This document shows, piece after piece, positions 1-13,818 of a stretch of 64,000 nucleotides of DNA (position 1 is the stretch's first letter; each line of letters opens with the position of its first letter). The notes beneath the pieces were generated by a model. It ran no database searches, was not told where the DNA came from, and saw nothing but the letters and a program-made list of their open reading frames with translations. Position numbers and translations under genes: made by a program. Origin of the DNA: Protoeuglena noctilucae (taxonomy: Eukaryota); the NCBI GenBank assembly GCA_958009085.1, contig OY253670.1, positions 1,488,001 through 1,552,000 of the forward strand, read 5' to 3'.

Positions 1-2191
1 CGCGGCCCCGGCAACGGCGCAGACAGGCGAGGGCCGATCCGCGTGGCCGCCACCCCTGCCATCACCTGCCCTAGCTCCCCGCCCTCCCCATCCGCGACGT
101 CCCCCGCCCGGCCCGGCCCCGACCGTCGCCCGGCCACCGCCCCGCCCGCGCGCCCCTCTGGCGGTGTGGTCGTGCGGACCGACGACGTCCTCCCCGAACC
201 CTCCCGGGAAGCGAGGCCCTCTGCCCCGCCCTCCGCGGCGCGGGACGCGGGCCGGGATCCTTGACTCTGGCTGCGGCTCGTACGCCGGTCCTCCGCGGCC
301 CCCAGGTCCGCTGCTGCCGCGTCGATGTCAGAGTCCCGTGACGGTGGCGCATAGCCCGCGTACCCTCGCGCAGACAGCTGCCGTCCCCAAGGTCGATGTC
401 CGCTCTCTCGTAGGTGAGAAGCATGTGCCGGCGCCTCCGGCCGCGTGTGGGGCTGCGGGTGAGCGAGAGGCCATGTAGGAGGGTTGCAGCATGCGGGTGG
501 CTGCCCACGTCGCCCCGTGGTCACTCGGCATTCCACCGCACCTGCGCCGCTCTCGTCTGCGGGGCCACCCCAGGCATCACGTAAAAGGACTCGGAGGGCA
601 TCGACTCCCCCGGGGGTCCCACCTCGGCCTGGCCACGGCCGCTGGGGAGGGCGCCAGGGTGGCCCGACGGTGCAGGGGCAGCGGCGAGCTTCGGAGTGCC
701 CGCGTGGTCCCTTCCTGACGGGCCCGCACCGCCGTGTGCGCTGAGTGGCCCCGCGCCCTGCGCCCGTTGCGGCCGCCCCGGCGACCCCGCACTGGCGTCC
801 CCCGCTCCTGGCGCAAAGCCCCCGAGCCCAGCCACGTCCAAGGCCCAGAGCCCCACGGAGCCGTGGCGCGCGGCGCATGCGATGACGCGGCTGTTGCGCA
901 GGACCATGTCACGCACGTTGCCCCACGGAGCGTCCACAATGCCCAGCTGCGTGGAGGGCTCCCAAGCCCACGAGCGGCACCCCTCGGACGTGGCGCCGAG
1001 CACAGCGTCGCCTGGAGGGACGAGAGGGCAGATGCGTGGGAGCGCCAACGTCAGGGCGCTGTGAGGGGAAAAGCACGCTCCCCGCTGGCTCACCGTCCGG
1101 AGAGAAGACGAGCGCGCGCACGGGGAGCGTGTCCGGCCCGCAGACGTCCACCGGCCCTGCGTGCGGCGACTCCGGGTCGACGTCCCACAGGCGCACCGTG
1201 CGGTCTTGGCTGCCCGACGCGAGGAGGATGTCTGCGCGGGAGGGACCGTCGAGCGTATACATGCGGAGTCGATGCACACGTGGCTTCCCTCCAACCGCAG
1301 ATCCATGCACCGGGGCGCGCGGCGCGGGGGCACCTGTCGGATGGAACTCCAGGGCATGGACTGCCCCGCGGTGCGCAGTGAACTCGCGCCAGAGGCGTCC
1401 CGCGGTGAGATCCCATACGTGGATCGCTCCCGAGTCGGAGCCGGTGGCCACCCAGCGCCCGTCGGGGGAGAAGCGGACCTGGTTGATGGCACCCGCGTGC
1501 GCTTTGTACGTGTGGATGCATCCCCTGCGCCGGAGGTCCCACAACTTCACCTGCGTGTCTTGGGAACCCGACGCGACGAACTCCCTGGAAGCGAGGGGCG
1601 GAGAAGCGTCTGACGACGGCGAAGGAGGCGAGAGTGGCGCCGGGTATCGTCGGCAAGGCTACAGCGGTCACCCGAAGGGATGGAAGTCAATGGCGCAGCA
1701 CGAGGTGCGATGACCCGTCAGCGTGCGCACGGCGCGCGCCTCCTCCAGATCCCAGAGCTTCACGGTCCCGCCCTGGGACCCGGCCACGACGACCTCCTCG
1801 GCGCGGTCCAAGGTCACGCATTCCACGCGGCTCTGGTGTCCCTGAAGGGACAGCAGTGGCTGTGGCTTGCCGATAAGCCACACGTTGACCTGGGAGGAAG
1901 GGGACGGCGGGGCAAGGTGTGGTTGAGTGGCCCAGTGGGACGCCTCTCTGTGATGGGACGACCCGGCGGGACTGGACTCGCTGCCACATGTGAAGGATGA
2001 CGTCGTCCTTGATATGACAAGCAACATGTCGCATGCGATGCCTTTGCATCGTGGGAGCGGCCCCAACGTGACACCTTCTTGTCATCTCCGCCGGTCACGA
2101 GGACTCCCGCGGACTTGCGCCCGATGTACAGGCACGTTACATCGCCTTCGTGAGCGAGGAACTCCTGGACGCGCGTTCCGCGGACCGACAT
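1..2191 (-). CDS. KATNB1: Katanin p80 WD40 subunit (spliced; 3' end runs off window)
   Basis: Spliced translation MSVRGTRVQEFLAHEGDVTCLYIGRKSAGVLVTGGDDKK|VNVWLIGKPQPLLSLQGHQSRVECV...KLWDL...HPFG|EFVASGSQDTQVKLWDLRRRGCIHTYK...RFSPDGRWVATG matches the katanin p80 WD repeats; GT-AG introns at 1890-2074 and 1585-1671. Confidence 0.93.
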
Positions 2192-2213
2192 GGCCGCCAG
2201 GTCCCCCTTTCCT

Positions 2214-2218
2214 TTACA
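2214..2218 (-). promoter_or_regulatory. Possible TGTAA polyadenylation signal of the coiled-coil gene
   Basis: TGTAA (chlorophyte poly(A) signal) about 185 nt after the TAG at 2403. Confidence 0.35.
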
Positions 2219-2402
2219 TGTGACGATGCGGCTTCCTCTCCCTCCAAGAGCCGAGGAACGACCACTCAGGCGGCTTTCAACGTATGAGACGCACATGCGC
2301 ACGCGATTGGAGGTGACCTCAGCGCTAGGCCTCGCCAGAACCACGAGGTGTCGTGCGGCACGGCAGCATCCCAACACCGCCACTCGCTCCCCTCGCGCGG
2401 CC

Positions 2403-5400
2403 CTAACCCCGTAGCATGGCGCTGTCCTTGACCGTGTCTGCGCCCGTCACGTAGTGGATCATCGAGCCCAGGATCCCCCGCTGCTTCTCGTGAGACACCC
2501 CGTCTGGCCCACCCACGTCGCTGGGACTCGGCTGTCCCTTCGATGACGCAGCGCTGCTCTGAGACTGCACGGTCCGGTTCACTGCGGCGGCGACAACATC
2601 AGGCATGAGTGAGCACTCAAAGCGCAGGCGACACAGCAGTCGAGAGCGACACCCGACAAGGACCGTGGTCACCAAAATGGCTTGAAGTGTCCATACCCTT
2701 CTTTACCTGATGCGTAGTAGGCCGCGGCATGCACCCCCGGAGGAAGCCTGTCCATCAAAGCGTCCCCCGCACCGTCCCCTGCACTCGCGCCCATCTTCGC
2801 CGGCAAAGGCTCCCCTCCGTCATCTTGCCCAGGTGCCTGCCAGGACCCGCGATGCCCCACTGCCGTCGCGACCCGTTCCCCATCATACGGCTGAATCTCC
2901 CCCCCACCCCCAGCATCTGCACCTAAACTCCCCGCCCCATTAGCCCCGCCGTTCTCACGCCAGCGCTGTGGCTCCCCGCCATCCCCGCCCATGCCAGGCC
3001 CCGCAGCGTCCCCGCCCGTCCCCTCCCCACCACGCCCCGCTACGTACCGTTCTGCCTCGGCCATCAGAGCCTCCACGTCGCCGCCCCACCCGCGAATGGT
3101 CTCCACCAGGAACCCCACCAGCGCCCCACTCCGGGCAGCCTCCCGGGACAGCTGATCCCTGCGTGCAGGAAAGAGGCACCCTCTATCCTACGGCACCCAA
3201 CCCCCGGTTCCCGCCAAGCCCGCCACTCCACCGCCTGTCCCTCGCCTGTCCGCCAGCACCCGCTCCACGCGATCCCAGAGGCCCTCGTAGTACTCCCACG
3301 TGTCCCGGTCCACCACCACACGCCCCTCCCCCGCCTCCCCCGCCACGCCAGCCCCGTCCCCGTTCCCCTGCCCTCGCCCCGCCTCCCCCGCACCATCCCC
3401 ACCCCTGGCCGTTGCGTCTGCCGCCCCGCCCGTCTCCTCCCCTGCCATTGCTAGGGATTGGGAGTCCCTCCCCATGGCTCGCTGGAAAAGGGCCTCGTTC
3501 TCCGCACGAAGGCTGTCCACCTCCCGCATCAGCACCTCCACTCCCGCCACCGCGTCACGACTGCGCCGGACCTGCGGAACACGACCACAGCAGAGTTGTG
3601 TGCGGGGGCCAGAGCTTTGTGAGCCGTGCCCACCGAGACAAAGAGCAACGTCTCACGACACTCGCCTCCTCCAGCAGCGCGTGCAGCTCCCTCGTCGCTG
3701 TCCCGGACAGGTCCGACCCCGCCGCCAGCCTCAGGGCGTCCGGCACGTCCACCGGCCCCGCCCCCGCTGCCGGCCCAGCGCCCTCCGCCGCCCGCGCCGC
3801 CGACACCCGCAGCTGCGCCTCCAGCGCCGCCACCTGTCGCGTCAGCCGCCCCACTTCCTCGGAAGTTCCCGCCACCTCTTTGGTCTCTACAACCGCCGCC
3901 TCCCGGTCCGCCCTCCCTGCCTCCATCTCAGCCACCGCGCGCTGCAGACGCGCCACCTCCGCCCTCGCCTCGTCGCGATCCGCTGCAATGCTCGCCACCT
4001 GCGGCAATCACAAGGACAGGCGCTCCAAACACACGCCCACCCTCGCCAGTGCCGTCCCCGTCTGCACGCCCGTCCCCTCACCTCTGTCGCCTTGTCATCC
4101 AGGCGGCGCTTCAGCGTCGACGCCTCGAACGCCGCCGCGTTGGCCTTCTGCTCCAGCGCCCAGATGCGCTCCTCCACCGATGCACCACTGCAAAGGGGGC
4201 ACGAGCGTCACTTAGTAACCCTGCCCAGTCTTGAACAAAGACCTACGCTCTCGACCAGTAAAGACCGTCTGTCTCCGACCGCATGCGTGGCATGGTGCGC
4301 GCCAGTGCAGCCTCCCCACGCCCCACGCACCTCGCCCCCGCGTCGCTGGGTGCCGCAACCCCCGCTGCCTCCCCGCGCCGCCCGCCCTCCGCAGAGGCGC
4401 GCGCCTTCGCGCTCGCCGCCTCCCCATCCGCCCGCGCCCGCAGCCCCGCCACCTGCGCCGCCAGCTCCGCTGCTTCCCTCTGCGCCGATGCCCTGGCCGC
4501 CTCTGCGTCTCCCAGCGCCTGCGCTTGTGCCGCACACTTGCTCTCCAGAGAGCGGCGCACCTGGCAGAGCACGGCAGAGGTAACTGGTGATCGCCAAAGC
4601 TACTTCAGCGGCCCCACACGCACATGCCAGGCGCACTCCACCAGCCACCCCGTGGGCCGCACCTGCTCCGACGCCTCCAGTTCCGCGGCAGCCCTGGCGA
4701 GCTGTGCCTGGAGAGCCGACAGCTCTGCTCCCGGGGCGGAGGGCGGGGCGGTGGGTGTGCCAGTAGGCGTCCCTCCCCCTGTTGTACTTGTCAGCTCCGC
4801 GATGGCCTTGCTCATGGCGCTGTTCCGGTGCGTCAGGGCGTCCACCTCCCCGGACAGCTGCTCCACGCGGGACCTGAGCGCGGCGCTCTCCTGAAGCCAG
4901 GCACGGCAGGGGAGGCAATGAGGTGAGCACGCGCGATGAAGCCACACAGCCTGGCAGCAGGCCCCACGCCCCACGCGCCTGCTGGGCCCGCTGCGCCGCC
5001 TCCACGGCGTCCCCTCGCTCCTTGGTCACGCGCTGCAGCTCCTCCGCCAGCCTCTCGTCCGCGCCCGGATCCCGGCCCATCTGCCGGATGCGCCCCTCGA
5101 GCCTCTCCGCACGCAGGCGCTCCCGCTCCAGCGCCTGCTCGGCCATGGACAGGCGCTGGCGCAGGACGGACGCATTGCCGGACGCCCCCGACGGCTGGGG
5201 CGCAGGGAAGGGGACACGAGCGTGGGGTGCATGCCATCACTGGCGGGTGGAAAGGGGGGCGTGCGAAGAAGCCATCACCTCCGCTTGCGCCGTCCGTCCC
5301 CCCACCTCCCGCCGCAGAGCTCGATTCTGCTCCTCCTCGAGCTGCAGCTGCGTGCTGAGGGCCTCGTTCGTAGCACGCTGCCCTGCGACCTGGGCCCTGC

Positions 5401-6042
5401 GCGCGAGAGAAACCACGGCTTGATGCCGTGCGAGACCCGACCCGCGGACCCCTGTCGCAGTTTCCAGACAAGCAACGCGCACCTGAGGGACCGGACCTCC
5501 TGCTTGAGCCCCTGCACCTGGCCCCGCAAGTCCTGCAGCTCGGCCTCTGCGACCCCCGGCTGGGCCACAGGCTGCGGTCTTGCCGCTGTGGGAGGCTGGA
5601 CGGGGACCGGGCGCGCAGGGCCCTCGTCCTCGTCACTGGAGGTGTCCGGGGCGCATATCATGTCGTCCCCATCAAAGTGCACACCCACAGGGGCGGTGGC
5701 ACCCTCCGCCTGGGGACCAGCGCTGGGTGCCTCGGGAGGGACGTCCATGGAGCGATGCGATGACCCCGGGGAGTGCGTCTGCTGCACCGCGGCTGCCGCG
5801 CGCGCCAAGGACTGCTGCGGGCCAAACGAGGCGGATGCGTCGAGAGAGCCTGGGCACTGGATCGACGCGAGCGGCGTTTCGCACGCGCGATGCGACGCAC
5901 ATGCGGAGCATCGGATGCATCGTGATCAGATGCGGACGCCTGGAGGTTGACCAGGGCGGAGGAGGAGGAGGCGCCATCGTGTCCCGGCATCACAGTGTGT
6001 GAATCATCCTGTCCCGACGCCGAGGCGGGCATCCGCTCCATG
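2403..6042 (-). CDS. Long coiled-coil protein of unknown function (golgin-like); 5' end uncertain
   Basis: Successive heptad-rich exons (AELQDLRGQVQGLKQEV; EQALERERLRAERLEGR; LRSRVEQLSGEVDAL; EVDSLRAENEALF); C-terminus GILGSMIHYVTGADTVKDSAMLRG*; GC-AG introns at 3572-3665 and 4891-4978. Confidence 0.7.
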
Positions 6043-6725
6043 TCCTGGCCATTTTCTGGGAGCACGCAAAATCCGCAGTTCTCATGTGAAGCGATAGCGA
6101 AGAGAGCGAAGGGTTGCACTGCCCCGACGTGGGACTGCAGCTGATTCAGTCGCTCCGTCGGCTGAGAGCATTAATCTGCGTAGCCCGTGCGTAGTCCGTG
6201 ACATGAGCACCAGCGAGCCGGGCGAAGAAGCGATGCCATGATGTTTTCTCACCCGTGCCCAAGCCTTGGTCAAAGAAGGCCACGTCGCTGTCCTCTCTGC
6301 TAGGCGGTCCCTGCAAGATGCGGCTACCAAACGCTGGACCCGGCTCCATCACCACGTGTGGCCATGGCTCGGAGGCGCTGCCTCGACGAGCGCTTCAGAG
6401 GGCCAGATGAGAGGCAAGCACAGCGATGGATGCGCTGTGCAAACTGCCACGAGCACTTGTGATCCCATCCGCGCCGCGGGAGGGCCTAAGAGACTCTCTG
6501 AGAGCAAGGTCCGGCAGTGTCGCCCGCGTGCCAGATCTGGCTGGAGCGAATATGATTGGCTGTGGCTGCCAGCGAATGCTCCCATCGTGTCCTTATTCGT
6601 ACTAGGCGCCATCGTCGCTCGCCTCGGTCGCCTCCACGGCCTCCGTGCACCTGGAGCTCTTGACCCACGAAACAAAAGGATCGGGCTGTCGTCCCCGGCC
6701 AGCCTCCGGCTGTCCTCCTGGTCTG

Positions 6726-7344
6726 ATGTACGACTTCTGTTTGACGCCTTTCTTCTCCGGGATCCTCGTCCTGGGCGGGCTGTTCGCCAACTGGCACAAG
6801 GGGAGCGCCATTTCGCTCGCGACGTCGCTCGTCGCGGGCGGCCTGATCGGTGAGTCTGGCTCAGGCCGACACAGCATGACGCTCTCCAGCGCGTACATGC
6901 TTGACCCACGCCTATGGACCATCGACCGGGGCGCCCGCTCGCAGCGCTGCTGGGTTACGCCAACATGCGCAACTACCACAAGGGCTTCGTCTCGAATGCC
7001 GTCCTTGGCGCCGAGGCTGCCATCGCAGGGACCGCGTGGGTCGTCATCTTGGCGAGGTGAGCGAGCGGGTGCCCTGGAAGGTGGCCCCCTGCCCAGAACT
7101 CTCCCGATGCTAGCCGCATGGGGGACTTTCGATTCCTCTCTGGTCCTCTGCCATCGCGACATCGCCACTCTGCCCTCCCCTGGCCCGCTCTCTTCGCAGG
7201 TGCGTCCACACGGGGTCCTACCTGGATGTTGCGCACGTGATCTCGTGGCTGAGCGGCGGCATGATGTGCTTCTTCCTCTGGGCGCTCTCACTGGGTCCGC
7301 GGCCCAAGCCTGCGTGGAGGCCCCGGGATCAGAAGACCAAGTAG
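6726..7344 (+). CDS. TMEM14 / FATTY ACID EXPORT (FAX)-family membrane protein
   Basis: Exons 6726-6849, 6945-7056, 7200-7344 give MYDFCLTPFFSGILVLGGLFANWHKGSAISLATSLVAGGLIALLGY...; the DFC...GG...KGS..SL motif is typical of plant FAX/TMEM14. Confidence 0.8.
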
Positions 7345-8009
7345 AGGGGTTCGGTAGACCTGACTCGGCTGACGGTTCGGCCAGGCAGCCGTCGGAGGCC
7401 CCATGAGCGCCGTCGGTGGCCCACATGAATCACTTCCGCTATTGATTTGCAAGTCGAGCGCGACGGACGAGCACCGCGACGTCTAGCGGCAGCACTGCGC
7501 ACGCGACGGCGTGCCGACCCGACCTGCCGATCCAGCCGGTTCCACAGCCGAGCCGACCCTTAGTGGCATTAATCTCTGCGTTGTACTCGTGCACGCATGG
7601 GCTGCCTCACCATCTCGGCCGGGAAAGCCTCGAAGGCATCCCAACAGGCAAGCAGGCCGCACTCACCCGTCGCGGGCTCAGGCGGGCATCCAAGCAATGA
7701 TTGGAGCTAAATGTATGCTTTTGCATCCGTGTGCCTACCGTCGCTGTCCGTCATGTCCTGGATTGGCGCGCCGGGGCCCCAGTGCCCCTTCACAGCCCAA
7801 GCGGACCCCGCCGCCTTCACTGCGAGTTAGGGCCCTCACTGGATCCACACTGCTTTGATAGCTTCTTAAAAAGCTGAATTCGGGCTTTGATCGCCGGATG
7901 GCAGCGCCGGGGCACCCCGACGGTGCGGGGCACTTTCAGACATACCCCCATCCGTCGCGCGCAGGGGAGGGCTCCCGGGCCACTCGACATCAAGGCAGCG
8001 CGAGAAATC

Positions 8010-11000
8010 ATGCCTTTCGTGAGCCAGATCTGCTCGGGGAAGGATTCGGGCCGCAGGGTGGGGCCCGGAGGCACCCAGTGCCACGACTCGTCCATTACGC
8101 TCCCGTTCACGACGCCGGTGAGAACGGGCTGGCTATGGGCGCAAGCCACCTACTCCTTCATTCGCGAGCCAGTCGTTGCCAGTTGTCGGTCCCGAGCAAC
8201 GCCTGCGGGCCCCTCTGACGCAGGCGTGCGTTCACAAGCTGGGCTCTGCCCGTCCCGAAGGGTGGCATGCCGACCAGTTCCGGTGCTACAAGAAGCTCGG
8301 CAGCGGGTACAAGGGCGAGGTATACCAGGTGCGAGGGCGGTCGCGCGGCCCAAGCTGATGGTCCTGAGAGCTTCCCTCCCGCCAAGACCCCACCCCACCA
8401 TACGCGCCCGGCCCCCGCAGTGCACCGACACCGTCTCCGGCTCCGAGGTGGCCGTCAAGACCTACCGCAAGTCCCGGCTCAGCCAGGAGGAAACCCTCAA
8501 GGTCCTCTGGGAGATTGAGCTGCAGGTGCGTGCCAGCAGCACGGTGTCGTGTCCTGCCACGCTGCGCACGCTACACAGCCTTCCCTGTCGCTTTGGATAT
8601 TGCATCTCCGGCAGAAATCGACGCCTCGGCCATGCACGCTCTCCCACACCCACGGCAGCTCTCCACGACCGCCCCCGCTCCCGCCTGCAGGGCAGCCTGT
8701 CCCACCCCCACGTGCTCCTCCTCTACGCCGCCTTCGAGGACAGCGACCACCACTACCTCATCCTCGAGCTGGCCACGGGCGGCGACCTGTTCGAGGCCGC
8801 CCACCGCCAGCTCTTCCACGAGGCGAACGTGGCCCAGCGCGTGCTCTTCCCCATCCTGTCTGCCCTGGACTACATGCACGCGAGGTGAGATACGCTGCCG
8901 CGCTGGCAGGGCGGCCCGAGCGGGCCCGCAGGCAGCTGGGCAACAGCAGACATCAGCCGCGTGCGCTTGCAGGAACATCTTGCACCGCGACCTCAAGCCG
9001 GAGAACCTGCTCTTCACCAAGGAGGGCGTGCTCAAGATTGCCGACTTCGGGCTGGCTATCAACCAGAAGCAGTACCGCCCAGTGTCCAGGCTCGGGACCC
9101 TGGTGAGGCTAAGCGCGGCTGCAGGGCAGTGGAGGGCGCCCGGTGAAGCCAGGGGAGCGCGGTGTTGCGGCACTCTCACAGAAGCCACGTGCCTGGCCAG
9201 CACGCAACGAGGCAGCTCCTCGTGTCCCAGCACCTGTGCCCTTGCATGAGCCCTACCCGCTGTACCCCTCACCTCCCCCAGGAGTTCATGGCCCCGGAGG
9301 TCCTCGACGCCGGCGCCCACGCCCGGGAGACGTACGTGGGCAACCTGAGCAACGGCAGCGACGCCATCCCCAAGATGTGGCGGGCGGGGTACGACGAGAA
9401 GGTGGACGTCTGGAGCACTGGGACCCTCACGGTGAGTGGTGCTGCTGTGCCATGTCCCTTCCCTGAGTGGCACCTGGCGCATGCCATGCACTGAGCGTGC
9501 TCCGTCGCTCCTCTCCGCAGCTGGAGCTGCTCTCCAAGCGCAGCCCCTTCAAGCGCGCGGACAAGGAGTCGTGCATGAACGCCATCCGCAAGGGGCAGTA
9601 CCTCCTGCCCTCCTTCCTGAGCGGCCCGTGCCGTGCTTTCGTCCAGGCCTGCCTTCAGGTCGACCCCAAGAAGAGGCCCTCGACCAGGTGAGCGTGGCTC
9701 GCCATCCCTCACAGACCGTCGCTCGCACGACCACCGCCGTGCCCCTCAGCCCCTGGATGGCTCACTGCCTGTCGCGACTACCGCCCCCGCCATTCCGCTG
9801 TGTCGCAGAGAGCTCCTGGTCCACCCCTACCTCACCCTCCATGTCGACGCGGCTGCCAAGATGGCCAGCCGGCAGACCAACCCCGACTCGTCCAGGCGAG
9901 CTGCGCTGCGCCCGAGGAGCGCTCTTAGCCATGCACGCCATGCAGGTTCTGGAGTTGTCCCGTGCTGGCAGATGGGATGGCCGAGACTTGCGAGGTGCAT
10001 CGACGTCTCTGACCCAGCGACCCATCCGCGCCTGCAGGCTCACTGCGGACGTCGATCCCAGTGTGGTGGCCAAGAGCGACTCCCAGAGGACCCTCGGCAG
10101 CGACAACGGCTCGCTCGTCACCCCCCATGGCTCTGCCGAGGGCGCCTGGCAGACCCCCGTCAAGCCGTCCCGTGCCGCGGGGCTGCCGACCTCCCCCGAG
10201 GGCACGGAGCCCAGCAACAGTCCCGCGACCACCGTGGCCGTCAGCGGCGTGCGCTCTCCGGGCTCCTCCCCCTCTGCCGTCGCCAGCCCCACCCTGTCGA
10301 CAGGCGACCATGAGGCGACCCCCGAGGGGGCGTCCGAGGAGGCGTGCGGGCGGGACAAGAGGGACCGGTGGTCCCTGCGGAGGAGGCTCTTCGGCCAGGG
10401 CAAGGCCAACGCGACCCGCACCGACTCGGTGGAGATCCGGGCCGAGGACGTGGAGGTGGCCGCGCACAAGGGCAGCTCCACGAGGAGGGAGCCCGCCAAG
10501 GCCGCGGCTGCCGCGCTGGATGCCGAGAGAGCGCCCTGCGAGGCGCGGGCGGAGGGACCGCTCGTGGCCTGGACGTTCGGGTCGGGCGCGAGGGGCGCGG
10601 GGGCCAACGCCACCTTCACCCAGGACGACATGCGCAGTGCGGCTGCCGGGAAGGCCCCTGGGGTCCCCAAGGGGGCGGCGAAGGAAGTAAAGAAGGCGGG
10701 AGAGGCGCCCAAGGTCCTGCGGATGCCCAAGTGAGGGCCTTGGCAGAGCATGGGCCGCACGCATGCGCTCGCCCAGGGAAGCTGGCCCCGGCTGTCACCC
10801 TACGCTCTCCAGCACAGCTCCTCTTGTTAACTTGCCCACGCAGAGCGCAGCCCAACATGTCGGATGTGAAGAAGATGACCGGGTCTCTTCTCGAGAACAT
10901 GACCTCCAAGCGCAACCGGCGCGTCCTGAAGCCCACGGCCGCCCCCGGGCCCGGCACACCGGGCAGCACCCGTACCAACGCGCTGGCTCTTGGTGGCAAA

Positions 11001-13818
11001 GTGTCCTCATCGACGAGCGAGGACCGAGGTGAGCTGCATGCATGGCTGGCTCTGGTTACCACTGCCAGTGCCTGCCAAACACCCCGCCCCTGTGCATCTT
11101 TCAAGCACCTTTCTTGCATTTTGCAAACGTCACCGCAATCTCGCCTTCTTCGTCGTCGCAGGCGCCCTGCCTCTCTACCGCGCGCTCCGCCCCGGCGCCC
11201 CCACGGTCGGCCACGCCCGCTCGCTTCTGGCCGTCGCCACCGCCCCGACCTCGCGTGCGCCCCATCTGGCGTCGTCCCAGCCGGCCAGCGTCCCTGCCTC
11301 GCCCCCGTCTGCCCGCCGCGCCGACGGCTCCGCCAACCCCGAGCGTGGGCTCTTCCTCACCCCCCCGCCCTCGCCCCCCGCCTCGTCCCACGAGGCCGGG
11401 GACCCTGCCCGGCGCCGTGTGGGCTTCGCGCCCTCTCGCCGCAACATGCTATGCCTGAGCCAGGACTCTCGCCAGGGATCGACGGCCGAGGCCAGCAGCC
11501 CCGCCGTCGCGTGCACGCCCGCGGCTGACGCAGCGCATGTGGCTTCGTTGCTGGCCACCGAGGAGGTCGCGGCGGCATCAGCGGGGCTCGCAAACGAGAC
11601 GCAGAAGGCCAGGCAGGCGTCTTACCACGGCATCCGCGCTGAGGGCGGGGCGTCTGACGAGGTGACCGCGCGGCAGCGTGCGATGCCATGGCAGCTTGGA
11701 CGCGATCCGCTCTGCTTTGACTCAAGTCGGGTGCGTGAGTAAAGCCATTGGAGTATTTGCCTTATGCAGATGGACGCTCAGGGCCAGCTCGCTGCGCCCA
11801 GCCTGGAAGGGACGTGGGAGAGCTGCAAAGCGGCAAGTGGTTACCAGGACGACTACGGCCTGTACATCCAGAAGGAGGCGGACTCCGGGAGCGGCAGTGA
11901 CACCGTCAGTGTCGGTGAGTCCAGGCGGCTGACCATGCGGCAGCAGTTGTGCCCACCGCCCCGGTGCTCTGCGGCGCCAGTCCCAAGCATCTCGACCTCG
12001 ACTCCACGCCTCGTCCCACGAGGCCGGGGACCCTGCCCGGCGCCGTGTGGGCTTCGCGCCCTCTCGCCGCAACATGCTATGCCTGAGCCAGGACTCTCGC
12101 CAGGGATCGACGGCCGGTGCCACCGCCCCGACCTCGCGTGCGCCCCATCTGGCGTCGTCCCAGCCGGCCAGCGTCCCTGCCTCGCCCCCGTCTGCCCGCC
12201 GCGCCGACGGCTCCGCCAACCCCGAGCGTGGGCTCTTCCTCACCCCCCCGCCCTCGCCCCCCGCCTCGTCCCACGAGGCCGGGGACCCTGCCCGGCGCCG
12301 TGTGGGCTTCGCGCCCTCTCGCCGCAACATGCTATGCCTGAGCCAGGACTCTCGCCAGGGATCGACGGCCGAGGCCAGCAGCCCCGCCGTCGCGTGCACG
12401 CCCGCGGCTGACGCAGCGCATGTGGCTTCGTTGCTGGCCACCGAGGAGGTCGCGGCGGCATCAGCGGGGCTCGCAAACGAGACGCAGAAGGCCAGGCAGG
12501 CGTCTTACCACGGCATCCGCGCTGAGGGCGGGGCGTCTGACGAGGTGACCGCGCGGCAGCGTGCGATGCCATGGCAGCTTGGACGCGATCCGCTCTGCTT
12601 TGACTCAAGTCGGGTGCGTGAGTAAAGCCATTGGAGTATTTGCCTTATGCAGATGGACGCTCAGGGCCAGCTCGCTGCGCCCAGCCTGGAAGGGACGTGG
12701 GAGAGCTGCAAAGCGGCAAGTGGTTACCAGGACGACTACGGCCTGTACATCCAGAAGGAGGCGGACTCCGGGAGCGGCAGTGACACCGTCAGTGTCGGTG
12801 AGTCCAGGCGGCTGACCATGCGGCAGCAGTTGTGCCCACCGCCCCGGTGCTCTGCGGCGCCAGTCCCAAGCATCTCGACCTCGACTCCACGCCCGCAGAC
12901 ACGCCAACTAGGCTCAGCGGCAGGGATGACGTGAGGGTGGGCCCTAACGCCTGCAAGTCACCCATGACTGGCAAGGGGCTGTCACGCCTCAGGCGAGCAC
13001 GCATGCCCTCAGGCGTAGGCCATTGAGACCATGCACCATGGAGTCCTGGCCAACATGCCTCGTCCCGTGGCTTGCAGGAACTCGGTCAGCCAGCGCAACG
13101 CGAGTGAGGACGGCGGCGCCAGCAGTGAGTGGGCCGGGTGGTGGGAGGGCAAGCGCATCTCCCCCATGACGTCCGGCGCCTTCAGCGGGTGGTTCGAGGG
13201 GGCCAAGCGGTCCTCCTCGTCCCGCCGCAAGGCTGCGTCGGAGAGGAAGTCGACAGCGGACTCGGCGGCCTGCAAAGCTCCGAGCGTGAAGGGGCAGCCC
13301 ACCGCACTTGCCATCCAGGTGAAGGAGGGTGCATCGCTGGTCGAGACGACGCTTGTGTGCTGGCGTCAAGCGCAGGTCGGCAAGTTGGCCGCGCCGTGTG
13401 CTGAAGTCGTTGCTTTCTTCCGCCCAGTGTAGGAGCCGCATGGAGTGGGACGGCAGGCTAAGAGGGGTGCCAGCCAGTTCGCCAGGGGACCCCGCTCGTG
13501 AGCACGTCATCCGGATGGAGCACATGGCCCGCCCCGCCCAAGGTGAGGGTCGATGGGGCAGTGGCAGCAGGGCACTTGATGCCTGCGCTGGTGTCCGCGG
13601 CACTTCATCCCTCCCTCGGCCCGCTTCTGACCCCAGACGTGCGCTTCTTCGAAGGCGTCCGCGGCGACTTCATTGTGGGCCCTGGGGGCGGCGCCAGTGG
13701 CGTCCTGGCTATGGTGGACCGGGCGGTGGCCAACGGAGCCCAGAGCGCCCGGGCGGTGCACGAGGCCTTCGCCGCCACTGCCGCTCGGCGCTTCTTCGTC
13801 CAACAGCATCAGGCGTAG
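8010..13818 (+). CDS. Aurora-like Ser/Thr kinase with long low-complexity C-terminal tail (3' end approximate)
   Basis: GSGYKGEV, VAVK, HRDLKPEN, DFG, GTL|EFMAPE and DVWS motifs across spliced exons 8224-9895; tail exons to about 13818; GC-AG introns at 9896-10037 and 12993-13077. Confidence 0.9.
11236..12893 (+). repeat. Direct duplication of 775 bp (11236-12010 and 12119-12893) with an extra 110-bp copy of 11379-11488 at 12007-12116
   Basis: Sequences appear identical at offset 883, and the ORF track gives identical ORFs at 11678/12561 and 11357/12240. Junctions: 4-nt microhomology cgcc and a 2-nt gt linker. Confidence 0.95.

Noticed and set aside
11236..12893. Duplicated block as LTRs of a retroelement or as a CRISPR-like array
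   Set aside because: The repeat consists of host kinase exon and intron sequence, with no TG..CA ends, internal TE ORF, target-site duplication or spacer structure.
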